64,000 nt of DNA, from contig JAYWIR010000074.1 of NCBI GenBank assembly GCA_036172245.1, forward strand, positions 124,001 through 188,000, read 5' to 3'. This DNA comes from Raillietiella orientalis (lineage: Eukaryota). The notes beneath the pieces are model-generated. The model saw only the letters and a program-made list of their open reading frames with translations, had not been told where the DNA came from and did not search any database. This document shows, piece by piece, positions 23,181 through 34,500 of the stretch. Made by a program: the position numbers and the translations under genes. Each line of letters starts with the position of its first letter. Within the stretch, counting starts at the first letter, position 1.

Positions 23181-25403
23181 GCAGGTAGGCGATGCAGGGG
23201 GAACTGGTCGCAGAACTCCTGGACCGACCGCTTGAAGCGGTCCCAGTCGTGAAGTGTCTGCATCCTGAAGCTCCGAATAAACGCGCGGAGGTGCTCCTCC
23301 GCGTCGGGAAACTTCAGCCAGTCCCCGGGCAGACGCCACACTGACGAGAAGGGGCCCTTGTCGCGCGGACGCACTTCGAACATGATCCGACCATGGTCCG
23401 ACAGCTCGGATGGTACCTTGCCGCGCCTGCCCACCCGAGAGCATAGGTGCTGATCAAGGTACACGTGATCGATGCTGCTTTCCATGGCCGTGTTCCCGGC
23501 CAACAAGTTGCGCGTGTTCATTTCTGCGCACAACTCGTTGACGCGCTCGTTCAGTGTATCCGGCGCACCTGAAAGCAGGCGCAGGTTGAAATCACCTGCG
23601 ATCAGGTGCGCTTTGCGAGCTCCTGCATCGGTCAGGCAATCGCGTCTCAGGGAAAGGTAGAATTCCCTTCTTGCCTTCGCCCTCAACGCGTTGTTTCCGC
23701 TAGGAGCGTATAGGTTGGTGACGACCAGGTCGATAGAGTCGGACCAGCTGAGAGTCAGCTGACCGACGCGACCTGCGTCATCGAACCGAACGTCCTTTAT
23801 TGCGGTCTCGATGGCTGGCCGAAGCAGGAAGGCGACACCGCTTGATTTCACGGTGCCGCAACGCCACAACTGCCGCCCACCCGAGATCCGTTCGATCTCT
23901 TGCGCTCGTACAGTGCAGACGTGTTTCCGCGTCTATCCGCGCCAACGATCGTGCAACTTTGTGCCTGCGTTTTTGCTCGCACTTGTGTGTTTCTGTGCAA
24001 TCTGCCAAGTAGCATAGTGCAACATGGCGAGTACACAGGATAGTGTGGAGGAGCAAGCCACTGAATGCACTTCAGCTGCACTTGAAGTGGCCGCATCCTC
24101 CGTAATGGTTTCCTCGCCCCCGGTGAGGAGTTACGCCGTCGTTACCTCCCAAAGACCAGGACCCTGCGATGCGGAGTTCCAGGCATATGTGTCATCAGGA
24201 TACATGCCTGCACTCCGTTATAAGGTCAGTGGGCCACTTAACGGGAGAATGGGTCGTGAGCTCAATGATGAGCTCGTCCGGATAGGCGTTTGCGAGGAGG
24301 AACTCCTTGCCATGATGCCTGCCGGCAGGATGGAATATACGAAGATTCGGTGCAAGAACGCAGCTCTTGTGCAGCGCCTTCTCCGTACGCCGTTGACCAT
24401 CAATGGAAAGGAAGTCCTACCTACCGCGATGGACAACTCTTTTGTCGTTCAATTGTGCGACATCGAACCGGAAATCTCCGACCGCGATGTCGTAAGTGTG
24501 CTGGCGATGTTCGCCGCCGTGCACGCTCTGTGGAGGAGGCCAAATCCTCTAAAGGATTTCCCCTCTGTCCACATTGGACAAGCCTCCGCAAGGATCACCG
24601 TCGCGAACAGGCGTGTTGTGCCTGAGCAGCTGCAGGTGAACGGCACGGTCGTTCACCTGTGGTTCATAGGCCAGACTCGCGCGTGCGAGCAGTGCGGCAA
24701 GGATGGGCACCGAATTAAAAAGTGCCCCTCTCCAAGATGCCGCTATTGCAAAGATTCCGGGCACGAAATCAAGAAGTGCCCGGTACTTGCAAGAAAAAGA
24801 GCCGCAGCGGAAATTCGTCGGGTTCAAGAGACCAGTGCACGAAAAGCCGCAGCGGCAAATAAAAAACGTCGTCCGCAAACACTCGAAAAAAACCACGAGC
24901 GATCCGCGGATAAAAAGAAAGCATCCCCGCCCGCAACGCCCCGAAAGGGGAAAGTCACGGCGGGGAAGCCAATTAAAAAGGGGCGCGAGGGTTTGACGCC
25001 TGCCGTGCCTTCCCTCTCTGCCTAACTCGCAGGCACCTTTCTGAGCCTGGAACCAGGAAATCTCCGTAACACCCTGGAGGGAAAGGTAGGAAAACAGGAA
25101 GATCGCAACAGTGCGAAGACTTCTTGCCCCGTTCCGTTGTCCCTTCCGAGTTCCGGACAGCCCCACTGCAGCGCAGGCCCCACTGCAAAGGCTACAAAAG
25201 CCGTAAAAAGCAGCGTCGCGACGAGCAAAAGCACGCTGCATGCAGTAGCCCCATCGCCGACTCGGCAGGTTTCCCCAAGTCCCACAAGGGGTGGGGTAAG
25301 TTTATTTTTCTATAAAAATACAAAATTTACATTCGCACGCTCACTCACTCAATACAATTATTTTGCACTTGGGGGTCCTTGGGTTGCACTAGAGTTCTGC
25401 TAT

Positions 25404-28400
25404 TCAGGGGGGAATTCCAGCAGGATGGTCCCGGGCGTCGTCCTGGATCCTCTTCAGGATGAATCGGTACGTCCAGGCGTGGATCTTCCCGCAGTTCCTG
25501 ATGCCGATTTCCCTCTTCAAGAGCCCTTGTAGGATCTCCATTGGTGGTGCGGCTCTCCTGGCTTTCCTCATTTTCCACCACCGCACAAGTATGGCGGTGA
25601 TGAAGAGGGCTATGGTCGTCCTCTCCATGGGATTGTAACAGGGAACATTACCATCCCCATGAAACATCCCGGCGAGGATCTCCATAACGGACTTGTTGGT
25701 AAGTCCTATGATCCTTTTCAGGATCAGCCAGTCATGCAGCAGTGTGGGACACGTCAAGACGTGAAGTCTCGTGTCGTCGTCTCCACATGCTGCGCAGTCT
25801 CGGTCTTCCCGTCTTCCTGTAAAGTGCTGCAATCGGGACCCACTCTGGATTCCTCCGTGATAAAACATCAGGAGGTCATCCTGGGTGCCCGGCGGAAGGT
25901 CACTCCTCCAGAGAGTCGTGCCGATCGCTAACAGGTTGAACCGTTCACTCCCGTAGCGTTCGGTGGCTTCCTGGAGGGCACTGGTGTCACGGTCGTTTTC
26001 TTGGATAAACCTTCGGAGGTTTGTTCTGGTTACCCTCGACCATGCGAAGTCGTTGTGGCTGAACCACACTTCGCGGGTCCTGTGGGTAAACCTTCCTAAC
26101 ATCATCTCTGTATACCGAAGTATACGTGTTTGATGTAGGTAGCCTCCTCGCCTCCACTCCTGGATTTGCAGTAGGGTAACTCTGGACCGCTGGTAGATCC
26201 AGCTTCTCGTGTCCGGCGGGACAGAAAGCAACCAAGGGATCACCAGGATGGACTCGTCCTGCCAGAGTTCCCTGCTTCGCGGCACGATCTTGATTTGGTG
26301 CTTCCGCACCAGCCGTTGCTTCCTCCTCCAGGTCGGGTCGATTCTTATCCATTCCCCTACTTTGCCTAGCAGCGCAGTCATCAGGCCTTTCGAGTTGTTA
26401 AGCAACAACGCGTAGGCCCGGTGCGCCGCATACGGCCAGTCATCGCAGTAAGTGGCCATGTCCAGGATGTGTCGCGTATCCATGATTTCCATGGAATGTG
26501 CAAGCGACTTCATCCCGGAACCGCCTTCTTCCCTGGGACGACACAGGGGTTTCAGTCGGACTCTTGGGCGATAGTGGCCCCACAGTGTTTTTCTCTGCAG
26601 CTTGTCGAACTCCCTCGTGGTGTCCTTGTTCATCCTCGCGAGGGCCGCCCCGAAGAGCACTTTCGGAAGGAGTACTCCGTTCCATATGTTTGCCTTTCGC
26701 TTCATCCCAAGGTCCGTTCGGGTGTACTTGGCTGCTTCCTTGGCCGTTTTCCCCAGGATTTCCTTCCACAGCAGCTTCGACGCAGAGCCGTCGCCGATGT
26801 AGACTCCCAGGTACTTGGCCGTGTCCACCGTACGGAATCCACTACCCGTTAGAGTGGAGAGATCCAGTATTCCGACGGAAAAAAGCTGGCTCTTCTGAGA
26901 ATTGATTTTTAAGCCCAAGCCCTGTTCCATCAGGTCCACCACATCCAGAAACGCACGCTGATTATTCTCTCCCTTGATGAAGAAGAGTAGATCATCGGCG
27001 TATGCCAGATGGGTAAGACGCTGGCTATCGATGGTAATCCCGCTTAGTCGTCCGCTCTTCTCGATAAAGGACGACAACGCCTCCATATAGATGACGAACA
27101 GCATCGGACTTAGCGAGTCGCCCTGTCGGACTCCTCGTTCCATCCTGATTGCTGCCGTCTCCTGGCCGTTGATCTTGATCCGGCAGTACTGGTTCTGGAA
27201 TACCGCCCTCACGAAGTTGCTGAAGTGTTCCGGAAGCCCTAGCTTCTCCAGAACCTTCAGCAGCATCCCGTGGTCGATGGAGTCGAAGGCCTTCTCCATG
27301 TCAGTGAACACCAGCACCAGGTTCTCGCCGACGTATCGACTGAGTCCAACAGTGGCCTGGGCACACTTGACATTGTCCGACATGTGTCGTCCTGGGACTG
27401 CACATGTCTGGACCGGAGATATCAGCCTCGACATGATTTTGCCTAAGCGGTTGGACCAGATCTTCGCCAACCACTTGGCATCGGAGTTTAGAATCGAGAT
27501 TGGCCTCCATTGGGCGATCTGGGTAGAGTCGCCTCCTTTCGGCAGCAATCTTATCCGACTCTCGTAGAAGGACTGAGGTAGTCTGCCTTCTTCCCGGATG
27601 CAGAGGGTCAACTGGTGGAACAAGCGCAGGTAGGCGTGCAGGTACCGCTGATAGTGCGTGATGGGTACACTGTCAGGGCCCGCTGCCACGTCCTTGCGAA
27701 GTTGCCCAAACGCAGTCTTCACCTCTTCTTCGGAGAACTCCTCCTCCAGTCTGTTCCGCTGGAGGTCGTCGGTCCTTTTCTCGAGATAGCTCAAGAAGGC
27801 CTGTTGACTAGAGCGACACAGCTGTTGTCGCCTGAAGTGTTTCGTGTAATGCCTGTGAAAGGCATCCACGATGTCCTCAGACGAGTGTCGCTTTTGGCCG
27901 TCGTACTGGATGCAGAAGATATCTGTTGCCAGATTTCTCTTCTCCAGCACGCCGACTTCCCCTTTTATGTTATTGAGGACGTACCGACTCTCGTACTGAT
28001 CGAAGTACTTTGAAAGGGAGCGATCTTGGATATTCAGATCCCGGTACGCCTCTTGCCTCAAGCGCCTATCCCCGAACTGCATGTTCGCAAACAGGTGTAT
28101 CCTGTGTTTCAGGCTGTCCCAGTCGGCGACTCTTCGGATTGTTGTTGCCCTCAGAATCGTCTCCAGGACAGCCTGATGTCCGGGATGGGTTTCGAACCAG
28201 GCGGGCATGCTGATGAGCGCCGCCCTGATGCCGTGCCTCCGCCGAGGATTCTCCGTTCTTAGGGAAAACCGCACCAGGGGGTGATCGGACACCGTGGTCA
28301 TAATGTCTCGAAAACCCTGGATGCGATTCCCAAGTTCGGTGCTGTGCAGGACGTGATCGATCGGCTTGTGACTTGCAGTTCGCCACACCAGTCCGAACTC

Positions 28401-28922
28401 GTCGGATAACCGCCGATACGCCGTCTTTTTTCTGGCGTCTTCGGAGTGAGTGATCTCATCCAATATGTTGAGATCGCCAGCAACAATCACGACGTCCTTG
28501 GAAGCAACCTTTTCACGGAGTGCTGCATGCAGCGCCTCCGCACAACGATGTTTTAGCCTGTGCGGTCCGTACACGTTCACCAGGATGAGGTGAACAGTAG
28601 CGGACCAGGTGAGTCGCACGCCGATGATTCGTCCGGGTTGGGGACAGAACACTTCCAGAATAGTGGGGGCCAAGTTGTTCTTGATTAGGACCGCCACTCC
28701 CTGCGTGTTCCGTTCTCCCTCGCTGACGAAAATCTGCCCGTTGAATCGCCGTTCCATTTGCTGACTAATGTCGAGACCCATCTTGTGGGTCTCCTGCAGG
28801 CACACTATGTCTTGTTGTGCGATGGTCCGCACAATCCTTCTTCTTTTTCCCTGGTCGACCATACCGTTTACATTCCAGGAGGCGATGTTCAGCCTCCTGG
28901 CGGTCGATAGGGAAGAGGCCAT
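25404..28922 (-). CDS. Intact ORF2 of D0: APE endonuclease, reverse transcriptase and C-terminal CCHC (1172 aa from first ATG)
   Basis: WNVNG, LQETH, NVYGP, GDLN, IDH, SDH; AGPDS, WRPISIL, DMEKAFD, GVRQGDSLSP, YADD, KYLG; CAACGDDDTRLHVLTC. Confidence 0.93.
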   Translation of the reverse strand: MASSLSTARRLNIASWNVNGMVDQGKRRRIVRTIAQQDIVCLQETHKMGLDISQQMERRFNGQIFVSEGERNTQGVAVLIKNNLAPTILEVFCPQPGRIIGVRLTWSATVHLILVNVYGPHRLKHRCAEALHAALREKVASKDVVIVAGDLNILDEITHSEDARKKTAYRRLSDEFGLVWRTASHKPIDHVLHSTELGNRIQGFRDIMTTVSDHPLVRFSLRTENPRRRHGIRAALISMPAWFETHPGHQAVLETILRATTIRRVADWDSLKHRIHLFANMQFGDRRLRQEAYRDLNIQDRSLSKYFDQYESRYVLNNIKGEVGVLEKRNLATDIFCIQYDGQKRHSSEDIVDAFHRHYTKHFRRQQLCRSSQQAFLSYLEKRTDDLQRNRLEEEFSEEEVKTAFGQLRKDVAAGPDSVPITHYQRYLHAYLRLFHQLTLCIREEGRLPQSFYESRIRLLPKGGDSTQIAQWRPISILNSDAKWLAKIWSNRLGKIMSRLISPVQTCAVPGRHMSDNVKCAQATVGLSRYVGENLVLVFTDMEKAFDSIDHGMLLKVLEKLGLPEHFSNFVRAVFQNQYCRIKINGQETAAIRMERGVRQGDSLSPMLFVIYMEALSSFIEKSGRLSGITIDSQRLTHLAYADDLLFFIKGENNQRAFLDVVDLMEQGLGLKINSQKSQLFSVGILDLSTLTGSGFRTVDTAKYLGVYIGDGSASKLLWKEILGKTAKEAAKYTRTDLGMKRKANIWNGVLLPKVLFGAALARMNKDTTREFDKLQRKTLWGHYRPRVRLKPLCRPREEGGSGMKSLAHSMEIMDTRHILDMATYCDDWPYAAHRAYALLLNNSKGLMTALLGKVGEWIRIDPTWRRKQRLVRKHQIKIVPRSRELWQDESILVIPWLLSVPPDTRSWIYQRSRVTLLQIQEWRRGGYLHQTRILRYTEMMLGRFTHRTREVWFSHNDFAWSRVTRTNLRRFIQENDRDTSALQEATERYGSERFNLLAIGTTLWRSDLPPGTQDDLLMFYHGGIQSGSRLQHFTGRREDRDCAACGDDDTRLHVLTCPTLLHDWLILKRIIGLTNKSVMEILAGMFHGDGNVPCYNPMERTTIALFITAILVRWWKMRKARRAAPPMEILQGLLKREIGIRNCGKIHAWTYRFILKRIQDDARDHPAGIPP

Positions 28923-28935
28923 AAAAGGGGAAGAC

Positions 28936-30721
28936 CTATTTCTTGGCCTTCCTGAGCTTCTTCTGTCTGAGAGAGCGTGCTCTTCCCGACAATGAAGAAG
29001 CAGCGGGCTTCTCGCTGCCGGCGTCACTCTCTGTTCCGGTGAGGTCGGTTACTTCCGCCTCCTCCGTCGAGTGTTCGGCCCGCTCGATCGGTTTTCGAGA
29101 TAGCGTCTCTATCTGGACCTTGGCGCAGAAGTTCGCCTTTACGTCGAGAAGCTGTTCCTCTAGCTTTTCGCGCTCGGTGACCTCCACAACCTGGTTGACC
29201 TTCTCCTGTGCATTGCAGATCTTTTGCAAGATTTTCTCTTGCTGGAAACCGCTCTGCACCTCTAGGACTACATTAGCCAGTGATGCCAACTCCTCCGTAG
29301 ATTGCAGGGCCTCCTGTGACACCGGAGTGGCTTCGGCTTTTTCTTCTTCCGCGCCTTCCTGCGCTACCTCCATCTTCTCGCCTTCTTGCTCTTCACCTTC
29401 CAGGATAAGAGGGGTTACTTGCTCCTTGACGAGCATCCTCCTCTTTCCTTTCTTCCCTACCTGTATGAAGCCGTCTTCCGATACCGGGACGGCTTCTTTC
29501 ACCTTTTTCGGGCTTTCTGCCTTCTGAGGCTGTTCTGCCTCCTTGGTGTTTCTCTCTCACGGGAGAGAGACCTCGAATCCTTCTGCAGTTTGCAAACTCC
29601 GGACAGCTCCATTTGGCATGTCCGTGTTTCTTGCAGAAGGAGCACACCTCCGGCTGCGGGCAGTTTCGGACTTGATGTCCTACTTTGCCGCAGCGGAAAC
29701 AACGACACGTTGGGCAAGCGCCGGCCCTGTGGCCGAACTGCTTGCACCCGGTGCAGAATATCGGCTGTTGCCGGTAACGCACGTTCACTCCCTGGGATTG
29801 CTCGTCATGAACGGCTTATCCAGGGATCACAGCTCCCTCTTTCAACTTCATTTTGGCGATCATGTCGCCAGAATATATTTTTCCAGAGAAGTTCTGGAAT
29901 TCAAGGTCCAGAACTTCCCCATACTGCTCCAAAAAGTTCCACACCGTTAGTTGCAGTGTGAGGATGGAGATGCCGTTCAGAAAGAAGGTTGTGTATGGCA
30001 TCTCGCCAACACCACAAACCATCCTCCCTTGTATATTAATCCCCTTCTGGATCAATCGCTCTCTAATCTCTTCACAGTCTGTGAAGACTGTGAACCCGTT
30101 GTTTGCTGGTATGAAAGCTTGTATGCGATCAAAATTCATGTCCGTTTTATCGAGGCACAGATACACCTCCCTGATATTATTGAACTTGATCAGCCCAGTC
30201 TTGAAAATGATGGGCTTCACATTCGGCCCTAACTCCACGATCGGTCGATCCACCTTTTGGACTTTACCGCATAGCGGCTTCCCGAATTTTCTTGGTGGGT
30301 GGACACTCGCTTGTCCAGCCGCCACCGACACATAGGAGAAGGGCTGCGCCGCCGCAGCCGAACAAGATGGCGTCTCGCCCTGAACCGCGTGGACGCCCGC
30401 GGGTCCTGCCTGGGACGCCGCCGCTCCGAGCGCAACCCTCGACGTCGCCACCTTTGCCGCCGCGGGCGGCACCCTCGGCATCGCCGCCGCAGGCGCGACC
30501 TTCCCCGCCGCGGGCACGATCCTCGGCGTCGCCGCCGCGGGCACGACCTCCGCCGTCGTCGCCGCGGGCACGACCCTTGGCATCGCCGCCGCCGGCGCAG
30601 CACAGCCCGCCGCGGGCGCGATCCTCGGCATGCCTGCCACCGCCTCGCCGTTGCCGCACGTTACCTCCATGGCTTCCATGGGGGACGACGGTCTCTCCAC
30701 TCCTCTTCTAGGTGCCTGCAT
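28936..30721 (-). pseudogene. D0 ORF1 with three CCHC knuckles; stop at 29816 and a frameshift near 29500
   Basis: Matches the intact D3 ORF1; CTGCKQFGHRAGAC, CFRCGKVGHQVRNC, CSFCKKHGHAKWSC. Confidence 0.85.
30450..30635 (-). repeat. Degenerate GC-rich tandem repeat in D ORF1 encoding PR(I/V)(A/V)PAA units; also at about 45805-45990, 51443-51630 and 57073-57225
   Basis: Repeated gccgaggatcg(t/c)gcccgcggcg-like units; D3 lacks one 27-bp unit relative to D0-D2. Confidence 0.75.
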
Positions 30722-31562
30722 CCTGGCAGCTGGTCCTGCTGCACGAAACCACTGCAGGTCTTCCGCCGCGATCTCCTCGGCGCTTCTTTTCTAGTTTCGT
30801 TTGGAAAACTTCCCCTCTCCGGGCACACACGAGCACAATGAACTGATTAACTTGTCAAGCGCACAATACTTCGAGCCGCGGGGCAAGTTCACCGACTCGG
30901 CAGGAGAGGAGCGATCTCCCGACTGTCAAGAAGGTGACTCCGTTGCCGCCTTTTAAAGGCGTAGCGAAAGCAACGCTTCCAGAGAACGCAGCGAAAATCC
31001 CGGAGGTTTCCGCAACTAATGTCGCGGAAGCCTCCGAAAATCGCGAAGGCGAATGGAAGGTTGTGGAGAGGAGGAAAGAAAAATCTCCAAAGAAAGCTCC
31101 GCAACCTCCATCCCTCAGCTCTTCCAAAGGAAAAAGCAGTCGCGCGAATACGAAAACACGCGCGGCTTGTGACTCTTCCAAGGAAAAAGCCAACGCCTTC
31201 AACGCGTGCAAGTCCGCTTCTGTGACCGCCGAGAAGACCATTCCGGTGCAATCGGACGGATGCAAGCGCACATCGATCGTGCGAGCTTCAGACTTCGCAA
31301 AGGAGTCCGATAACGCAGCTGAACGACGCGTAACTCGCGCGGGAGCGAGCGCCCGCAGGGCTGAAGCCCTGAGGCGTGACACACTCGCCGCGGAACGGCG
31401 AGTGCTCACCCCGGAACCCACAGGTTCTGCACCCGGGGAGGAGCACCCGATTACGTGCAGCACAGTTGAGGCCGGTGGCGACCGCGCCCGCCAGCCCGTC
31501 GTGCTGCTTACTGCCCGCTCGCCGGGTGAGGCGAGCACCACGGCCTCGCTTTCCCAGCCGTG

Positions 31563-34500
31563 ATGAGGGCAATCGCGTCTTCTCGTCGTGTTGCCGTAAC
31601 GTCTTGGAACGTCAACGGGCTCCAACACGAGAAGAAGAGGCAACTAGTGGCTCACGCTCTGCGCGCCTGCGACTTGACGCTCCTGCAGGAGATTCACAGC
31701 ATCTCCGGAGAGCAGGCTGCCGAAATCGAACGGCGCGCGGGCGGAACGCTACTTTATAGGTGCGGCGTTGCACGTACGTGTGGTGTCGCTTTCCTCGTAC
31801 GAGGAACTTTGGCGGGAGCGGTGCGCAGCGTTCGTTTCGACACGGAAGGCCGAGTGGGACAGCTTGTACTCAAGTGGTCCGTCTCGCTCGTCCTTGTCGT
31901 AACAAACGTGTACGCGCCGAGCGGTGCTGGACGATGGGCCGAAAGGATTGAGTTCTTCGGTACCCTTCAAGGCCAGTGGCTCACTCGATCTCACCCTACT
32001 GTGGCCCATGTCATTGCGGGGGACTTTAACGTCCACCTGCTTTCCGAGAATAGATCCCACAAAAGGGAAAAGTTGCTAGCGGAAGAGATGTGCGCGTCCG
32101 TGCACGCGTGCAGCTTGTTCGCTAGCGACCCTGTTATGGCAGCAACGCCGGATTACGTATACATTGATGAACACTTGCTCTGTGGAGTGGGTAGGAGAGG
32201 TCCCGTGCCGTCCGTGCTTTCAGACCACAACAGGCTCGAGTTCGAGTTGCTCCTGCCAGGCAAGGGGCCTCCAAACTGTTTTTGGAGGATGCCGGCAGAC
32301 TGGCTAAGCCAACCGGAGGCGGCTAAGCATCTTCGCCAGTACCTCCTCGATTTTGCCATAAGTGAGCTCGAGTACTGGGACGATCTGAGAAGATCGGTCC
32401 GCAAGTTCTGCTGCCGGTTTCCCTTGCAACAGCTTCCGTGCGGCTACGGAGAGGGCGTAGCCACCAGCAGAGATTTTCTGCAGGCCCGCTCCTTTTCCAG
32501 GCGCGCGGACGTTGGTCGATTATCCGAGTACAAGGCCAAGGCCGAGCGCCAGGTCTGGCAGTCAGGGGCGACAGTTCTGCTCGACGACCAGGACCGGGAA
32601 TGCTCGGCTCCAGCCGGCGTGCGACGGAGAGTCAGGCGCTATTACTCTTCTCTGTATGCAGAGGCACCGACGGAACGCAGCCTGTCCCGGCTGCTTCTGC
32701 CGATTGATGCACTTGTTGTAGACGAGGATGAACGCGCGCGTCTTGATGAGCCATTCACGGCAGAGGAAATTTCCTCGGCCATCTCGGGGCTCAAGAGACG
32801 AAAAGCGCCAAGCGAAGATGGGCTCCACGCGGAATTCTTTCAGTGTTTTGCGGCGGAGCTCATCCCTCTGGTGCTCCAGCTCTCGTCGCTGATGCGAGAC
32901 TTGCGCGATGTCCCCGCATCGTTTCGCTCAGCGAAGGAGCGTCTACTGCCGAAAGGCGGAGATTTGCGCCAACTGAACAACTGGCGTCCGATCACATTAG
33001 TGAATTCGAACGTCAAGTTGTTCTCGAAACTTTGGGTGGCGCGGATGGGTAGGATCGCGGAATCCTTGGTAAGTCCGGAGCAGACGTACGCTGTTCCTGG
33101 GCGGTCCATAGACGCGAATCTCTTGTTCATCCGCACATGGCTGCAATTGCAGCATCGTGTGGCGGTGGGTCGTCGTGCGGAAGCTACGCCTTCGATCTCT
33201 CACCGACGGAGGCGCGGGACGCAAAGGGAGACACCGGGAGCCTTGGCGGTTGCAGTCGATCTGCACAAAGCTTTCGATTGCGTGAACCAAAAGCTTCTTC
33301 TTGAGCTTTTGGAACATCTGGGTCTTCCGGCATCCCTGTTGGCGTACTTGCGCTCCTGCTGGCGCCACGCGATTACATCCATTGTTTTCAGTGGCTGTCG
33401 CGTGTACGGCGTGCCGGTACGACGAGGAATTAGGCAGGGTGACAGCATAAGCCCGCTGCTCTTCAGCATCTATTTTGAATTGGTGCTGGAGGCTTACAGG
33501 CTGACGCTAGCCAACCTGCCGAGCTCCTGTCCAGGTACGCCGGCCGTTGCAGCCTATGCCGACGACCTGCTTCTCCTGTTGCCCATGTCCATTCCGACAG
33601 CGTCGCTTGAAGATTTCTTTGAGTTGATCCGTCGCGGTGCGGGCGTGAGCGTTAACAGGAGTAAGTGTATGGTTGTTCCGGTGGGTGCGACGTGGGAGGG
33701 GCAGTCCGACTGGATCGATCTGGGGATCCCCACGGGCAGGTACCTCAGGTACCTTGGCGTGCCGTTCGGCGACTTCTGCATCTCAGAAGCGTGGTCGGAC
33801 TGCCTTCGGAAGGCAGAGCGTGCACTTAGCCCGTTTTCAGGAGGCGAGTTCGTCTTGCCGGAACGGGCCTGCATCTGGAACACCTTCGTTGCCCCCCTCC
33901 TCCGCCCCCTGTTTTTTGTTTGTCTAACCCTCCAGGAAGTCAAAGTCTTGGCGCAGCGCCTTCTACGCAAAGCGTTGTGGGGCGCTGCAAGATCCCGTGT
34001 TAGACTTAAAGACTTGGTGGCGCCGCGTCAGGATGCAGGCTTGGGCATCCTCGACTTAAACAGCATCGAACTGCAGGTGCAGTTTCGCATGCTGCGGCTC
34101 TGTGCCAAGCTGTGGTGTACGCCGTGGTGCTTACCCGCACGCCTTATACTGAGGCGCTGCACGGGAAACGAGGGACTGCTTTCGTTGCTACCCCACTTTC
34201 GGCACACCAGAATAGGGTTTGGCTTCCCGCTGAGGCAGCTGTCCTCACTGCTGGAAGCCCAAAGCTGGATCTCCTGCCGCCCTATGAACATTAATGCATG
34301 GCGGCAGGAATCTTTTTCATCGTGGGCAGCTTCCGAAGAAACGCGCCCGGAAGATCTTCGACGCCTGCGACTTCTCCTCAGTCATCAAATGGACGAAGTC
34401 ATGCAGGACAAGAAGTTGTCGTATCGTCTGGCCGCCACACCACTCGCCGCAGCGCTGTCTGGCCTGAGGGCAAGCAACGACGGTTGCCTACCGGCGAAAT

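Larger units (their letters stand above)
25270..30888 (-). mobile_element. Family D copy D0, full length, about 5.6 kb
   Basis: TSD tcgccgactcggcagg 25254-25269 and tcaccgactcggcagg 30889-30904; ORF1 30721-28936 broken; ORF2 intact; 3' AATAAA plus hairpin 25273-25306. Confidence 0.92.
24024..31563 (+). pseudogene. C1 ORF1 (two CCHC knuckles), premature stop at 25023-25025 and split by D0
   Basis: CEQCGKDGHRIKKC, CRYCKDSGHEIKKC; copy C2 reads through the stop position (SAKLAG); frame resumes after the TSD and ends at TGA 31561-31563. Confidence 0.8.

Noticed and set aside
28923..29027. 35-aa N-terminal extension of D ORF2 from a GTG start overlapping ORF1
   Set aside because: It is not open in D3, and the ATG 13 nt after the ORF1 stop is conserved in all four copies.
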